From a bacterium (GTDB lineage: Bacteria; Patescibacteriota; Patescibacteriia; Patescibacteriales; UBA12465), in NCBI GenBank assembly GCA_035402825.1, contig DAONDZ010000001.1, positions 172,839 through 236,838 of the forward strand: 64,000 nt of DNA, read 5' to 3'. Position 1 is the first letter of the stretch. Each line of letters begins with the position of its first letter. The notes under the pieces were generated by a model, which was not told where the DNA came from, ran no database searches, and saw only the letters and a list, made by a program, of their open reading frames with translations. Position numbers and translations under genes: made by a program. This document shows positions 28,648-38,273 of this stretch, piece by piece.

Positions 28648-29310
28648 TTATTTATGTTTTTCTTGTTTGTAGGCCAGATAAGAATAGACAATTGGGCCTA
28701 AAACAGCGATGGCCACGCCAGCCAGGAAGAGCCAACCGGCTAGAACCATAGGCAAATAAGGGGCGATAATAATAATGATGCCGAAAATGATGAAGCTATA
28801 GGTGCTTAGCTTATGAGTTTTCTTCCACACTGTCGGAGAAGACATGGTCCAGGGGGTGCGAACGCCGACAAACCAATTGTCTTTCAAGTTTTGCATGGTT
28901 ATGCCAATAATGATCATCATAATACCAATCACTGCGGCGATGGTTTTGCCGATATTAATATTGTAACCCAGGTTGGCCAAGGTAGTGGCGGCAAAAACTA
29001 TAGTTAGGGTGCCAATGATTAAGGCCTTAATAACATGATAGGTATTAGCAAATTTAGTATAGTTTTCTTTTTTAGGATCTAAGGCCGGCAAAACCCAGAA
29101 GAGAACATACATTATTAAGAGCAAGGAGGGTAAGAAAATTGTCTGAAACATTTTAGAGCTATAACCATCAGCCACGCCCTGGAAGTTCCAGTGGCTGGCG
29201 ACTCTATCCGGCAAAGCTGAATAGCTAACTGCGGCTAGGACGATGGCCCCCACTACGAATAGCAAAGGGATAATCTCGGTTTTTAGGCTCATTTTTAGAG
29301 GCATTTTCAT
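28648..29310 (-). CDS. SdpI/YhfL-family membrane protein (DUF1648 + SdpI)
   Basis: PDRVASHWNFQGVADGYSSK, then NWFVGVRTPWTMSSPTVWKKTHK; six TM helices. Confidence 0.55.
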   Translation of the reverse strand: MKMPLKMSLKTEIIPLLFVVGAIVLAAVSYSALPDRVASHWNFQGVADGYSSKMFQTIFLPSLLLIMYVLFWVLPALDPKKENYTKFANTYHVIKALIIGTLTIVFAATTLANLGYNINIGKTIAAVIGIMMIIIGITMQNLKDNWFVGVRTPWTMSSPTVWKKTHKLSTYSFIIFGIIIIIAPYLPMVLAGWLFLAGVAIAVLGPIVYSYLAYKQEKHK

Positions 29311-29361
29311 ATTATTGATTATTATTAATTTATGCTATATTCATTATAGAGCATTACTATT

Positions 29362-30045
29362 ATGGATACAATAACCCCTAAAACCGGATTTATTTTGATT
29401 GATAAGCCCCAGCACATCAGTTCACATGCGGTGGTTAGTATTTTGCGCCGCATTACCAACACTAAGCGCATCGGCCATGCCGGTACTTTGGATCCGTTAG
29501 CCACCGGCTTGCTCATTTTAGCTATTGGCCGCGAGGCGACTAAAAGATTAGATGAGTTCGCTAAGCAAGATAAAGAATATATTGCCGCTATCCGTTTCGG
29601 TTTTGAAAGTGTCAGCTACGATGCCGAAGGCCCGATTACCCAAATATATTCTGGACTTGGCTTGGAAAAAGAAAAAATTATGGACGCCCTGTCTTCTTTC
29701 TTGGGAAAAATTGAACAATATCCGCCTAAGTATAGCGCCAAAAAACAAAATGGCAAACGACTATATCAATTGGCTAGAAAGAACCAACCGATAGAATTAA
29801 AGCCTAGCCTAGTGGAGATTAAAGGTTTGGACATTTTAGACTATAGCTGGCCGGATTTAAAGGTCAAAGTTAATTGTGGCACCGGTACCTATATCCGATC
29901 TTTGGCCCATGATTTAGGAAAGAAATTAGGTTGTGGCGCCTATCTCAGCGATTTGCGCCGAACTAGAATTGGTGCACAGACTATTGACCGAGCCGTGGAA
30001 TTGGATACAATGGATAGGGATAATTGGGTAAAATATCTCTTTTAG
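29362..30045 (+). CDS. truB: tRNA pseudouridine(55) synthase
   Basis: GHAGTLDPLATGLLILAIG catalytic Asp motif. The last base of the stop codon is the first base of the next tRNA. Confidence 0.9.
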   Translation: MDTITPKTGFILIDKPQHISSHAVVSILRRITNTKRIGHAGTLDPLATGLLILAIGREATKRLDEFAKQDKEYIAAIRFGFESVSYDAEGPITQIYSGLGLEKEKIMDALSSFLGKIEQYPPKYSAKKQNGKRLYQLARKNQPIELKPSLVEIKGLDILDYSWPDLKVKVNCGTGTYIRSLAHDLGKKLGCGAYLSDLRRTRIGAQTIDRAVELDTMDRDNWVKYLF

Positions 30046-30128
30046 CCGAAGTGGCGAAATTGGTAGACGCGCTAGTTTCAGGTACTAGTCCCAGCGATGG
30101 GTTGGGGGTTCGAGTCCCCCCTTCGGCA
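30045..30128 (+). tRNA. tRNA-Leu (anticodon CAG)
   Basis: Acceptor gccgaag/cttcggc, anticodon arm ctagt-ttCAGgt-actag, long variable arm, gttcgagtc. Confidence 0.9.
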
Positions 30129-30349
30129 CTGCAGAAAACGGGCAATAGCCCGTTTTTGTTTTGCTCTTGATGTGATATAATTAGGATATAAATAGATAAA
30201 ATATATGAGATCTAAAAAAACCGCGAGCGTTTCTGAGACTGAAAAAAATATTAAGCAGCTGATTGCCGATTATCAAAATCGCCTTTTGATGTTGCAAGCC
30301 GAACAGCAGAAGATAATTGACGCTAATTCTTCTTCTCAAACTTAAAGAT

Positions 30350-33300
30350 ATGAATGATAAAAATAATTTTGAAAATTTAAATAATCAGCCCAGTCCAGAA
30401 TCTGCAGAAAAAACTCCGGAGCAATTATTGGAGAAATTGGAACCGTTGTTGGACGGCTTGTCTCAGGTTGAGGAAGCTATTGAAGATCGAGGGTTGGAGT
30501 ACATTGATAACCAGCCGGATAAGAAATCAAAATCGGCGGTTAAAATGCAGCAGATTATTGAAACCCTACAAAAGGAAAGTCTAGTGCTTTTAAAAAAGAT
30601 TTCTAAAGAACTGGCCAGCTATCCTCGGGCAGTGGCCGATACTTTTCGAGATAACTATATTAATAACAGCGCGGCTCGCAAGAATCGCAAGTTTTCCAAA
30701 AATGATTTTTCAAATCAAGAAAAAAGTTCCACTAATCAAACTGATGAAGAGGCTTCCGCTGATTGGATTAAGTCCAATAAAATATTTGAAGCTAATTTGC
30801 GGGAAGCCAAAGGATTAATAACCATGATGAACTCTCAGAATTGGGGAAATTCGGCTAAAGCCGATGCGGCGTTTTTGAGTTCCCAGCGCTTGCTGGAAAC
30901 CTTGATTAATCAGGCTAATTTTTTGTACCGCAATGCAGAAATTTCGAGATTATTAGAAATTTTAGAAAAAAACTCTACTACCGTTCTTAGCCCTATTTCT
31001 CATCTGGATAAGATTATAGAAACCCAATGTACCCATTTTACCGTTGCCGGAGGCATCCCTTCCTATTATAACATTGAATATGACAATCCGACTGACCAGA
31101 AAATTAAAGAGGTTTTTTCTGATGATCCCTTTTTGATTTTGAATTATTTAAAAAATGCGCCTGACTCAGTTCGCAATTTACGAAGTGGGTTGTTGTTGGG
31201 ACAGCTGGATGTTTTAATGGAAAAATACCCTAGTCCTGGAGTTTGGCCGGTTTTTATTGGCCAGGCTTTTAAGCGGGCGATTAATATTAACCCGGAGAAA
31301 TATTTAAATGATCCGGACAAGCGAGCTTATCTGTTTTCTGTTTTTAAAAATAGTTTTGCTAAAGGAGAAACCAGAGAATTCGGGGATCTTTATCGTTTCT
31401 ATGACGAGTTCCAGGGAGTTGATAAACAAGAACGGGAAGAACTAATTGACCGCATGCGTCATACTAACGAAGAAGACATTAAATTATCAATGTTGCCCTT
31501 GACCCCGGCGGAAATTAAAAAGTTAGCGCCGGAAAATCCTGGTCTTCAATTTTTCTTTCATAAAGAATTAGGACTAACCGCTGATGAAAGGCTGGTGATT
31601 TTGCAGGAACAAATTCAAAAGACTACTACTAGTCGCGCCTATTGTTTCCTGGTTCGTTTAGCTAGCTCTTTTTCTGATTGCCTAGCGGGGTTAGATTCGG
31701 CTAAAGTGGAGGAATCACTTAACAAATTAATTGCCATAACCTCTAGAGGGTCTCAATTAGAAGATTTGCAAGAATTATTAATATTATTTGAGAAAAATAA
31801 TATTCCGGCGCAATATCGCGACAGCTTAATTTCCGCTTACGCTGGAAATTTTAATAACCCCGGTGTCTTGTTGGACGTGATGAATAAAAATATTGATGCT
31901 TCCGGAGCGGCTAGGTGGGTTCAAAAGCAACCGGGATTGGCGGATAAGTTAGAACCAGCTTTTTATCGCACGGCTAAGTTTGACGATTTGCGCCATTTTT
32001 TCTTTCAAGTGCTAGACGGCCGCCCCGCAGCCGATATGGATTTATTAACCAAGACCTATGCTGAACAAATTGCCTTTTTGCCCGCCCAGGATTTTATTGA
32101 TCTTTTCTTGGTGAGCAAGAAGATTGATAAGCGCTATGCTCCGCTGTTTATTCTCAAAACCAGTAGTCTTCGTGATCAATTAACTGAAGCCTTGAATGTG
32201 GGTTCTATTACCCAAGATGATTATGATTGGACGGCCCAGGAGTTTTTTAAGCTCGGTTCGGCTGAGACGGCTAATAAGTTTTTGAATGATTGTTTCGCTC
32301 CTGGGAAGATGAGCCCGGAATCTCGGCTAGAGGCTTTAGAGAGCTATGGAGTTTCTCGGGCCCATCGGGACCCGTCTATACTGGAGGCCATTAACAGCAA
32401 TTTTCTTAAGTTCGAGGAAAAGAAGGTTCTGGCGGCCAGTTTTTTTAATGAATTTGTTAAATATAAGGAGAACTATCTTTATATACTTCAAGATATTAGG
32501 GCTTTCAGAACTTTTGAAATATTTTTCACCCCGGAAGAGCGAAAAGAATATTTCAAAAAAATAGTTGCTGACCCAGAGCCCGCGGTAATTATCCGGTTGT
32601 TACTTGATTATTTCAATGATGCTCAAAGAGAGCGAATAATAACGGCTAATATAGCGCCGGAAGATTGGCAACAATTCTTCGCGGCGGCTTTGAATACCGA
32701 AGACTTGGGAGTTGAAGAAATATTTTTAGCCAATATCAATTCACTATCCGCAGGCGAACGCGAGCTATTTTCTAAACGGATAACTTCTCGGGACAATATT
32801 TTGGTTCCCCGGGGCGCCAAGGAGGATAATAGCAGTAGCTCCGCGTTTTTAAGTAGATTATTAAATAATTTACAAGAAGATGCTTCCGATCAAGATAATT
32901 CTCAGTCTTTATCCCGTGAACTATTGGCTAAGATTTTTTCCGGACCAAACTTGTCTGCCTCAGTTCTTAATTCTTTAATTGATCGTAGCGATAAATTAAA
33001 AATTGCCGGTCAGGATGTTTTTGATGAGTACATTGATCAATGCGCCCAGGCCGATGGCGGGGTCTATACTTTGCGAATTTTGGATCATCTGGGCCGGCTA
33101 GATCTGGATATTCTGTCCGCTGAACAAATTAAGACGCTGTCCTATAAATTTCTGCGAGAGAAAGGTATGAGTTTTGAGGTTTATGGATTATATTTTAATT
33201 CTGACCCGGAGCGGCCGATTTTCTATTTAGACCAAGCGGGAATGGATCTGGCTTTGCAGAAAGCTGTCATCGGCGATGGCAACGATCAAATTAAATTTTT

Positions 33301-35413
33301 GCGTTTGCAAAGAGAGGCGCGCGGTCGGGGACTGGTGGCTTGCAGTCCGGAACAAGAACAACAGACTATTTTAGGCATTATGAGTTATAATAGCTCCTGG
33401 GTTTCGGCGCGGGAACTGTTTGATTTTGATAATGAGATGTTTTTAAACGGCGCCCGGGAGTTAATAACGAGGAATAAGGCTAGTCGAGAGTTAGTGAAGT
33501 CCATTTTAACTTCAGGCATTGAGATTTCGGGTTCTTTGGCGCCAGAAATTATTGCTCATAGTTTTGGCGACCGGCTTGAATTCTTTTTGCCTTATCTCTG
33601 CCAGGCCTATGGTCAGGATCCTAAATTGCGAGAGCAGATTAAAGATCAAGTTAAAGGAGTTGAGGGCTCGGATGCCAAAACAAGACTGAACACTATTCTT
33701 TTACAAGAAGACTTCTTAAGCCCAGCCGAATTAAAAGCTCTTTATGACGAAGTTCGGGAAAGGAAGAGCCCCCGCGAACAAGTTTTGGCTAATGCGGAAA
33801 TTTTTGGGTCGTTTGTGACGGCTAATAAAATGGAAGAAATCAGCGCTTTTATCGAAGGCGAAGACCGAGAGGCCGAAGCCGCCGTCAAGAATATTTCCGA
33901 GTTTGTCGCTCGCTATCCTTTGCAGAGCAAGGGAAGAACGATAGCAGTAATGCTCTTTGCCAGAGAATATCTGCCGGAGCTCGGCGTGGGAGAGATTATC
34001 AAAAGAGTGGGACGGAGTTTGAACAAGTATGAAAAGATTTTGGCTGACTTTGAATATAATAATATTCCCGCCGGTTTGCAGGCTTCTATTGGTATGGAGT
34101 ATGAAATCACTGATTCCACCGCTTCCGGGTACAAAGAATTAACCGAAGGTAATTTGGCCACTGATATTTCTCGTTTAAGCGCGGCTGCTCATATTGGCTC
34201 CGGCAATGATGCTGTCCACGAAATTGCTACTCGTCCAGCCACTAATCCCTATTTATTACTTTTAGAGATGAAGCTTCTAAATGATATTGAATATGTGGAC
34301 TTCAACTTTGATCGCTCTCCATTATATCAGAAAGGTTCTCGCGGTTATCACTTAACTATTGGCGGCGAGAGCGGCTTAAATGTTAATGCTAATACCTTCT
34401 TTATCCAAAACGCTCTATTGGCCGCTTCTTGGGGCGGAGTCCATGCCGGTGAGCTGGGCAAAAAAACTTCCGGCGGCCGCGGCGTCACTTTGCGCCAGCG
34501 TGATGCCAGCCAGACTCATAATGTGAAGATATTTGAAAAGACAACTCCGTCGGTGGAATTGCGTTCTTTGTCTATTGATAAGATGGAATCATTTCAGCGC
34601 TCAGTGCTCAGCGCCTACAACAGCGCTATCGCCATTCAAGCCTTAGAAAAATATACCGCTCTTTCTTCTTATCAACTCCCTGAAGTTTTTGGTGAGAGTA
34701 AAAATGCAGAGGAGTTTTTCTTAAAGTTGAGTGAGGAGGTTCATGGCTTGATGCCCGAAACTTTTGGTGAAAGCAAAGCAAAAATTGAAACAGCTAGCGC
34801 TGAAGTTAAAGAGATTATATATTCTTGGGCTAAATTGGTTACCGATGTCCAGAAGGCCGTGGAATATCATAATAATGAATTTTTGAGCGGCGAGACCTAT
34901 GGCTACTTAGATAAAGAGATTTGGGTGGATACACAATCTTTTGGCGGCGAATATAATCAGAAACGTTTTGAAGAAGTGGTGAGCTCTATTGATCCCACAT
35001 TATCGGTGGAAGAATATACTAATACCACTAAGATTAAGTTTAATGATTTATTTGCCAGCTTCAGCAAGGAATTAGCCGATAGTTTTACCAAAATAAATAA
35101 TTTATACCTCAAGCCCACCACTAAAAGCCGAGAACAGGGGAAGGATGGAACAAAAGAGCAAAATATTTTTGCCGGCGATCAGGCTAACGCTATCGCTATG
35201 TTACGCACCACGAAGATGAATAATGAAACCCTGGAAGGCCGCAATGATAGGGTCTATTTAGAGGGCACGATTTTTGATACGGTCGGCGACAAACGGCAGG
35301 GATATTATTACATCCAAGGAGCCAGCGAGAAGATGCTGACCCATGCCGTTCAGATTGCTCTTTTGGAGTTTAATCGGAGCATGGAGAAAATACTGCATAA
35401 GCGGGCAGCCTAA
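30350..35413 (+). CDS. Giant protein (1687 aa from ATG 30350): long helical N-terminal region plus a C-terminal glutamine-synthetase-like amidoligase-type domain
   Basis: Uninterrupted ORF. Ordered motifs near the C-terminus: SIGMEYEI, AVHEIATRP, RGYHLTIGG, GRGVTLRQR, SVELRSLS (nt about 34070-34640). Confidence 0.7.
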   Translation: MNDKNNFENLNNQPSPESAEKTPEQLLEKLEPLLDGLSQVEEAIEDRGLEYIDNQPDKKSKSAVKMQQIIETLQKESLVLLKKISKELASYPRAVADTFRDNYINNSAARKNRKFSKNDFSNQEKSSTNQTDEEASADWIKSNKIFEANLREAKGLITMMNSQNWGNSAKADAAFLSSQRLLETLINQANFLYRNAEISRLLEILEKNSTTVLSPISHLDKIIETQCTHFTVAGGIPSYYNIEYDNPTDQKIKEVFSDDPFLILNYLKNAPDSVRNLRSGLLLGQLDVLMEKYPSPGVWPVFIGQAFKRAININPEKYLNDPDKRAYLFSVFKNSFAKGETREFGDLYRFYDEFQGVDKQEREELIDRMRHTNEEDIKLSMLPLTPAEIKKLAPENPGLQFFFHKELGLTADERLVILQEQIQKTTTSRAYCFLVRLASSFSDCLAGLDSAKVEESLNKLIAITSRGSQLEDLQELLILFEKNNIPAQYRDSLISAYAGNFNNPGVLLDVMNKNIDASGAARWVQKQPGLADKLEPAFYRTAKFDDLRHFFFQVLDGRPAADMDLLTKTYAEQIAFLPAQDFIDLFLVSKKIDKRYAPLFILKTSSLRDQLTEALNVGSITQDDYDWTAQEFFKLGSAETANKFLNDCFAPGKMSPESRLEALESYGVSRAHRDPSILEAINSNFLKFEEKKVLAASFFNEFVKYKENYLYILQDIRAFRTFEIFFTPEERKEYFKKIVADPEPAVIIRLLLDYFNDAQRERIITANIAPEDWQQFFAAALNTEDLGVEEIFLANINSLSAGERELFSKRITSRDNILVPRGAKEDNSSSSAFLSRLLNNLQEDASDQDNSQSLSRELLAKIFSGPNLSASVLNSLIDRSDKLKIAGQDVFDEYIDQCAQADGGVYTLRILDHLGRLDLDILSAEQIKTLSYKFLREKGMSFEVYGLYFNSDPERPIFYLDQAGMDLALQKAVIGDGNDQIKFLRLQREARGRGLVACSPEQEQQTILGIMSYNSSWVSARELFDFDNEMFLNGARELITRNKASRELVKSILTSGIEISGSLAPEIIAHSFGDRLEFFLPYLCQAYGQDPKLREQIKDQVKGVEGSDAKTRLNTILLQEDFLSPAELKALYDEVRERKSPREQVLANAEIFGSFVTANKMEEISAFIEGEDREAEAAVKNISEFVARYPLQSKGRTIAVMLFAREYLPELGVGEIIKRVGRSLNKYEKILADFEYNNIPAGLQASIGMEYEITDSTASGYKELTEGNLATDISRLSAAAHIGSGNDAVHEIATRPATNPYLLLLEMKLLNDIEYVDFNFDRSPLYQKGSRGYHLTIGGESGLNVNANTFFIQNALLAASWGGVHAGELGKKTSGGRGVTLRQRDASQTHNVKIFEKTTPSVELRSLSIDKMESFQRSVLSAYNSAIAIQALEKYTALSSYQLPEVFGESKNAEEFFLKLSEEVHGLMPETFGESKAKIETASAEVKEIIYSWAKLVTDVQKAVEYHNNEFLSGETYGYLDKEIWVDTQSFGGEYNQKRFEEVVSSIDPTLSVEEYTNTTKIKFNDLFASFSKELADSFTKINNLYLKPTTKSREQGKDGTKEQNIFAGDQANAIAMLRTTKMNNETLEGRNDRVYLEGTIFDTVGDKRQGYYYIQGASEKMLTHAVQIALLEFNRSMEKILHKRAA

Positions 35414-35430
35414 AATATTGTTAACTACCA

Positions 35431-35459
35431 AAAACAGCTCCTTGCGGAGCTGTTTTTTC
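35431..35459. terminator. Intrinsic terminator after the giant gene
   Basis: aaaacagctcc / ttgc / ggagctgtttt followed by ttct. Confidence 0.7.
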
Positions 35460-35465
35460 TTGCTG

Positions 35466-35538
35466 GGCGGGGTACGGGAATCGAACCCGTAACTCAAGTG
35501 CCACAAACTTGCGTGATAACCGTTTCACCAACCTCGCC
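35466..35538 (-). tRNA. tRNA-His (anticodon GTG) with genomically encoded G-1
   Basis: Reverse complement g-gcgaggt...caagt-ttGTGgc-acttg...acggg-ttcgatt-cccgt-accccgc-c. The extra 5' G sits opposite the C discriminator. Confidence 0.85.
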
Positions 35539-35547
35539 ATGTCAATA

Positions 35548-36075
35548 TTAAACCTCGTAAAAATAAACACTGTTTCCGTTTATATCTAATTTTTTGCTGA
35601 TTGTCAAGTTAGGGATAGAAAAAAGATAGCTGATAATTATGGTTTTAGGCCGGCATTCCTTGGTAATTCTCTCTGATAATTTAGCCATCATTGTTGGAAC
35701 TAGGTAGACATAAATTAGGTCAGCTTTTTTGATGTCGGTTTTGAATAAGTCTTCTCGAATCAGGTTAATGCGGCTTTTCTTTTTGTTTAACATCATTTTA
35801 GAGAAAAAATAGAGCCAGCGAGAATGTTCTATGCCAATTAGTTTAGCTTTGGGGTATTTTTTTTCCATGATTTGCAAAAAGTCGGCTTGACCGGCGCCTA
35901 GTTCATAAATAGTCTCGGTCCCTTTTAGTTTGATTTCGGGAACGATTAAAGCCAATATCTTTTGGCCGGCTCTCATGAAAGGAGCCGCGCCGCGAAAAAC
36001 AATGTGGAAGAAATCAACCGCCGCTAGGACAAGAATGGCGGCTAAAATTATTTCTAGGATTATGAGCCAAATCAT
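35548..36075 (-). CDS. Class I SAM-dependent methyltransferase with an N-terminal TM helix
   Basis: Motif I IYELGAGQADF and post-I acidic residue. 175 aa. Confidence 0.6.
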   Translation of the reverse strand: MIWLIILEIILAAILVLAAVDFFHIVFRGAAPFMRAGQKILALIVPEIKLKGTETIYELGAGQADFLQIMEKKYPKAKLIGIEHSRWLYFFSKMMLNKKKSRINLIREDLFKTDIKKADLIYVYLVPTMMAKLSERITKECRPKTIIISYLFSIPNLTISKKLDINGNSVYFYEV

Positions 36076-36193
36076 AGGTTTAAAATTAATGGTTATTATC
36101 TTTATTATACCATAGTTAATTGTTTTGTCCTACTTGGTTTTTTATAAATAAAAAACCCGGATGATTCCGGGTTTGGGGTTGAGACTAAAGTCT

Positions 36194-36541
36194 TTAAAAT
36201 GAAATAATAACCAGACTGTCAGGGTGGTGGCCCATTTCTCGGGGATGTATGGCTCTTCTTAGCGCCCAAGATTGTTCATCTGGGAAATAAGCAATTCGGA
36301 AAGCTTCATCTTTATCGGTTATTAATAAATTAACGCCCATCTCCAGCACGGTTATTTTTTTGCTGGTGCTGTCTTTTTGAATGATGAAATACTCAATTTT
36401 GCAACAAGCCAAGAACTGACTTTTTTTCTCGGTGTTGACTCCAGTCAATTTGATAACCTTACCGATTAGTTTTTCGGGCTTGGCTACCTTGGCTTTTTCT
36501 AATAAAGCCTTCAAGGCTTGTTCATTACTCATTGTACTCAT
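36194..36541 (-). CDS. Hypothetical protein (115 aa)
   Basis: ORF with a terminator hairpin downstream (36151-36175). Confidence 0.45.
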   Translation of the reverse strand: MSTMSNEQALKALLEKAKVAKPEKLIGKVIKLTGVNTEKKSQFLACCKIEYFIIQKDSTSKKITVLEMGVNLLITDKDEAFRIAYFPDEQSWALRRAIHPREMGHHPDSLVIISF

Positions 36542-36656
36542 GGCGAATTGTTTAAGGTTCGTGTTTAATCAATTGATAAAAAATTATATGATATCCCCGA
36601 TTCTCTGTCAATGGAGCAATAAAAAAAGAGCCCGGAGCTCTTTTTGGTAAAATTGT

Positions 36657-36848
36657 TTAATCCTTGTAAACAATTTCTGCTTGCACGAACTTAGCCGCCT
36701 TAATGACGAATGTTTGATCTTTTTTGATAGCATCGCGCAGCTCCTCTTCTTTGATATTTAAGAAAGCGGAGCCTGTCTGGCGGCGGTTAAGTATGGATTG
36801 GATGGTTGCTTCCACATCCACTGTTTCAATGTCTACTTTTGGTGTCAT
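36657..36848 (-). CDS. Hypothetical small protein (63 aa)
   Basis: ORF only. It is the last chromosomal gene before the island's left junction. Confidence 0.35.
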   Translation of the reverse strand: MTPKVDIETVDVEATIQSILNRRQTGSAFLNIKEEELRDAIKKDQTFVIKAAKFVQAEIVYKD

Positions 36849-36887
36849 TACGAACTCTCCTATATTTAATAAATGAAATCAAATTAC

Positions 36888-36992
36888 GTGCTCTTCCGAG
36901 AGAGGATATATAAACAATTAAATTATTAATGAAACAAAGCAACGGACAATATTTTCGGCATTGATAAATTAATATTACTTTTTATAAAAAAA
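36888..36992 (+). repeat. Junction J1 (attL-like): degenerate core, element left arm and promoter
   Basis: gtgctct-tccgagagaggatatataaacaa...cattgataaattaatattactttttataa aligns with 38310-38416, including an identical 29-mer. Contains TTGATA, 16 nt spacer, TATAAA (36961-36988). Confidence 0.6.
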
Positions 36993-37118
36993 AGTCAATT
37001 AATTTAAAATTATAGTTTTATAAAATAATTATCTCTATTTTTAGAGATTTTCTCAGTTCTCGCTATTACTGAGTGGCATGTGTTATAATATGAATACTAA
37101 GTATTAATTTTGTTTTAT

Positions 37119-38216
37119 ATGAAATCTAAAAAAGCCTTTACTCTCATTGAACTCCTCGTTGTGATTGCCATCATTGGCATCCTCGCTACTATTTCCGTTA
37201 TTGCTTTAAACAATGCTCGCGCTAAATCGCGTGATGCTAAAAGAATTGGAGATATCAAGCAAGTCTCAACTGCTTTAGAGCTTTTCTTTAATGATAAAAA
37301 TCGTTATCCGACTGTGGAAGAATGGAATACCGGACAGATTTTTTCTACTACTACCGGCGCTACCTCGACTTATATGCAAATCATTCCAGCCGCCCCAACG
37401 CCTAACGATGGCTCTTGCACAACTGGACAAAACACTATTAGCTATACTCCAACACTCGATGGAGCTTCCTATACTGTCTCTTTTTGTTTAGGCAATACTA
37501 CTGGGGCCCTTGATTCCGGACCGAAGTGCTTGACTCCTGGAGGCGTTTTGGATGTAGATTGTTCAATCACTATTCCTGCCGCCCCTAGCTTTGCTTGTGG
37601 CACTGATAGTGTGACTTATGAAGGTGAAGTCTATCCTACTGTTTATATTGATAATACTGGTGGCCACAATTTGAGCCTTCCTGGCCAATGTTGGTTCGCC
37701 AAAAACCTCAATGTGGGAACTATGGTTGCTGGTGCTGCCAATCAAGCTGATAACGGTATTATAGAAAAGTATTGTTATAATGATAATACTTCCAATGAAT
37801 GTGCTACTGATGGCGGTTTGTATCAATGGGATGAAGCTATGCAATATTCCGTGGCTGAATCGGCTCAGGGCATTTGCCCTGACGGGTGGCATTTGCCGAC
37901 TGACGCAGAACAAAATACCTTGGATCAAAATTTAAATGACACCACTTGTAATGCTAATAGAACTGGAGATTGGGGTTGTGCTAACGCCGGTACTAAATTA
38001 CAGGACGGTGGGACTTCTGGACTTAATGTTCTCCGAGCCGGCACTCGTTATATCAATGCGGCGTTCTACGCTCGAGGGGTGTACACGATTTTTTGGTCAT
38101 CGTCTATTAGCGGTTCGGCCGCCTGGGGTCGGAATGTGACCACTAACAACGCTGCCGTTTACCGCAATTCTTATGACCGAACCACCGGCTATTCTGTGCG
38201 TTGTCTTCAGGACTAA
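37119..38216 (+). CDS. Type IV pilin-like protein with a C-terminal FISUMP-type domain (paralogue 1, not matched by the TR)
   Basis: KAFTLIELLVVIAIIGILA prepilin-type N-terminus. GGLYQWDEAMQY...GICPDGWHLPTDAEQNTL...YSVRCLQD. ATG 37119 preferred. Extended -10 TGtTATAAT at 37081-37089. Confidence 0.8.
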   Translation: MKSKKAFTLIELLVVIAIIGILATISVIALNNARAKSRDAKRIGDIKQVSTALELFFNDKNRYPTVEEWNTGQIFSTTTGATSTYMQIIPAAPTPNDGSCTTGQNTISYTPTLDGASYTVSFCLGNTTGALDSGPKCLTPGGVLDVDCSITIPAAPSFACGTDSVTYEGEVYPTVYIDNTGGHNLSLPGQCWFAKNLNVGTMVAGAANQADNGIIEKYCYNDNTSNECATDGGLYQWDEAMQYSVAESAQGICPDGWHLPTDAEQNTLDQNLNDTTCNANRTGDWGCANAGTKLQDGGTSGLNVLRAGTRYINAAFYARGVYTIFWSSSISGSAAWGRNVTTNNAAVYRNSYDRTTGYSVRCLQD

Positions 38217-38248
38217 TTCGACTATTTTGATCTTTTGGAAGGCCGAAT

Positions 38249-38267
38249 CACTAGAATATTTCTAGTG
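38249..38267 (+). terminator. Hairpin downstream of paralogue 1
   Basis: cactagaa / tat / ttctagtg. No strong T run, so terminator function is uncertain. Confidence 0.35.
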
Positions 38268-38273
38268 GTATAA

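Noticed and set aside
30204-30345. A possible ~46-codon ORF just upstream of the giant gene.
   Set aside because: With the printed coordinates the frame from ATG 30204 stops after ~16 codons. The longer reading needs a 1-nt shift that I could not justify, and the ORF is below the track cutoff.
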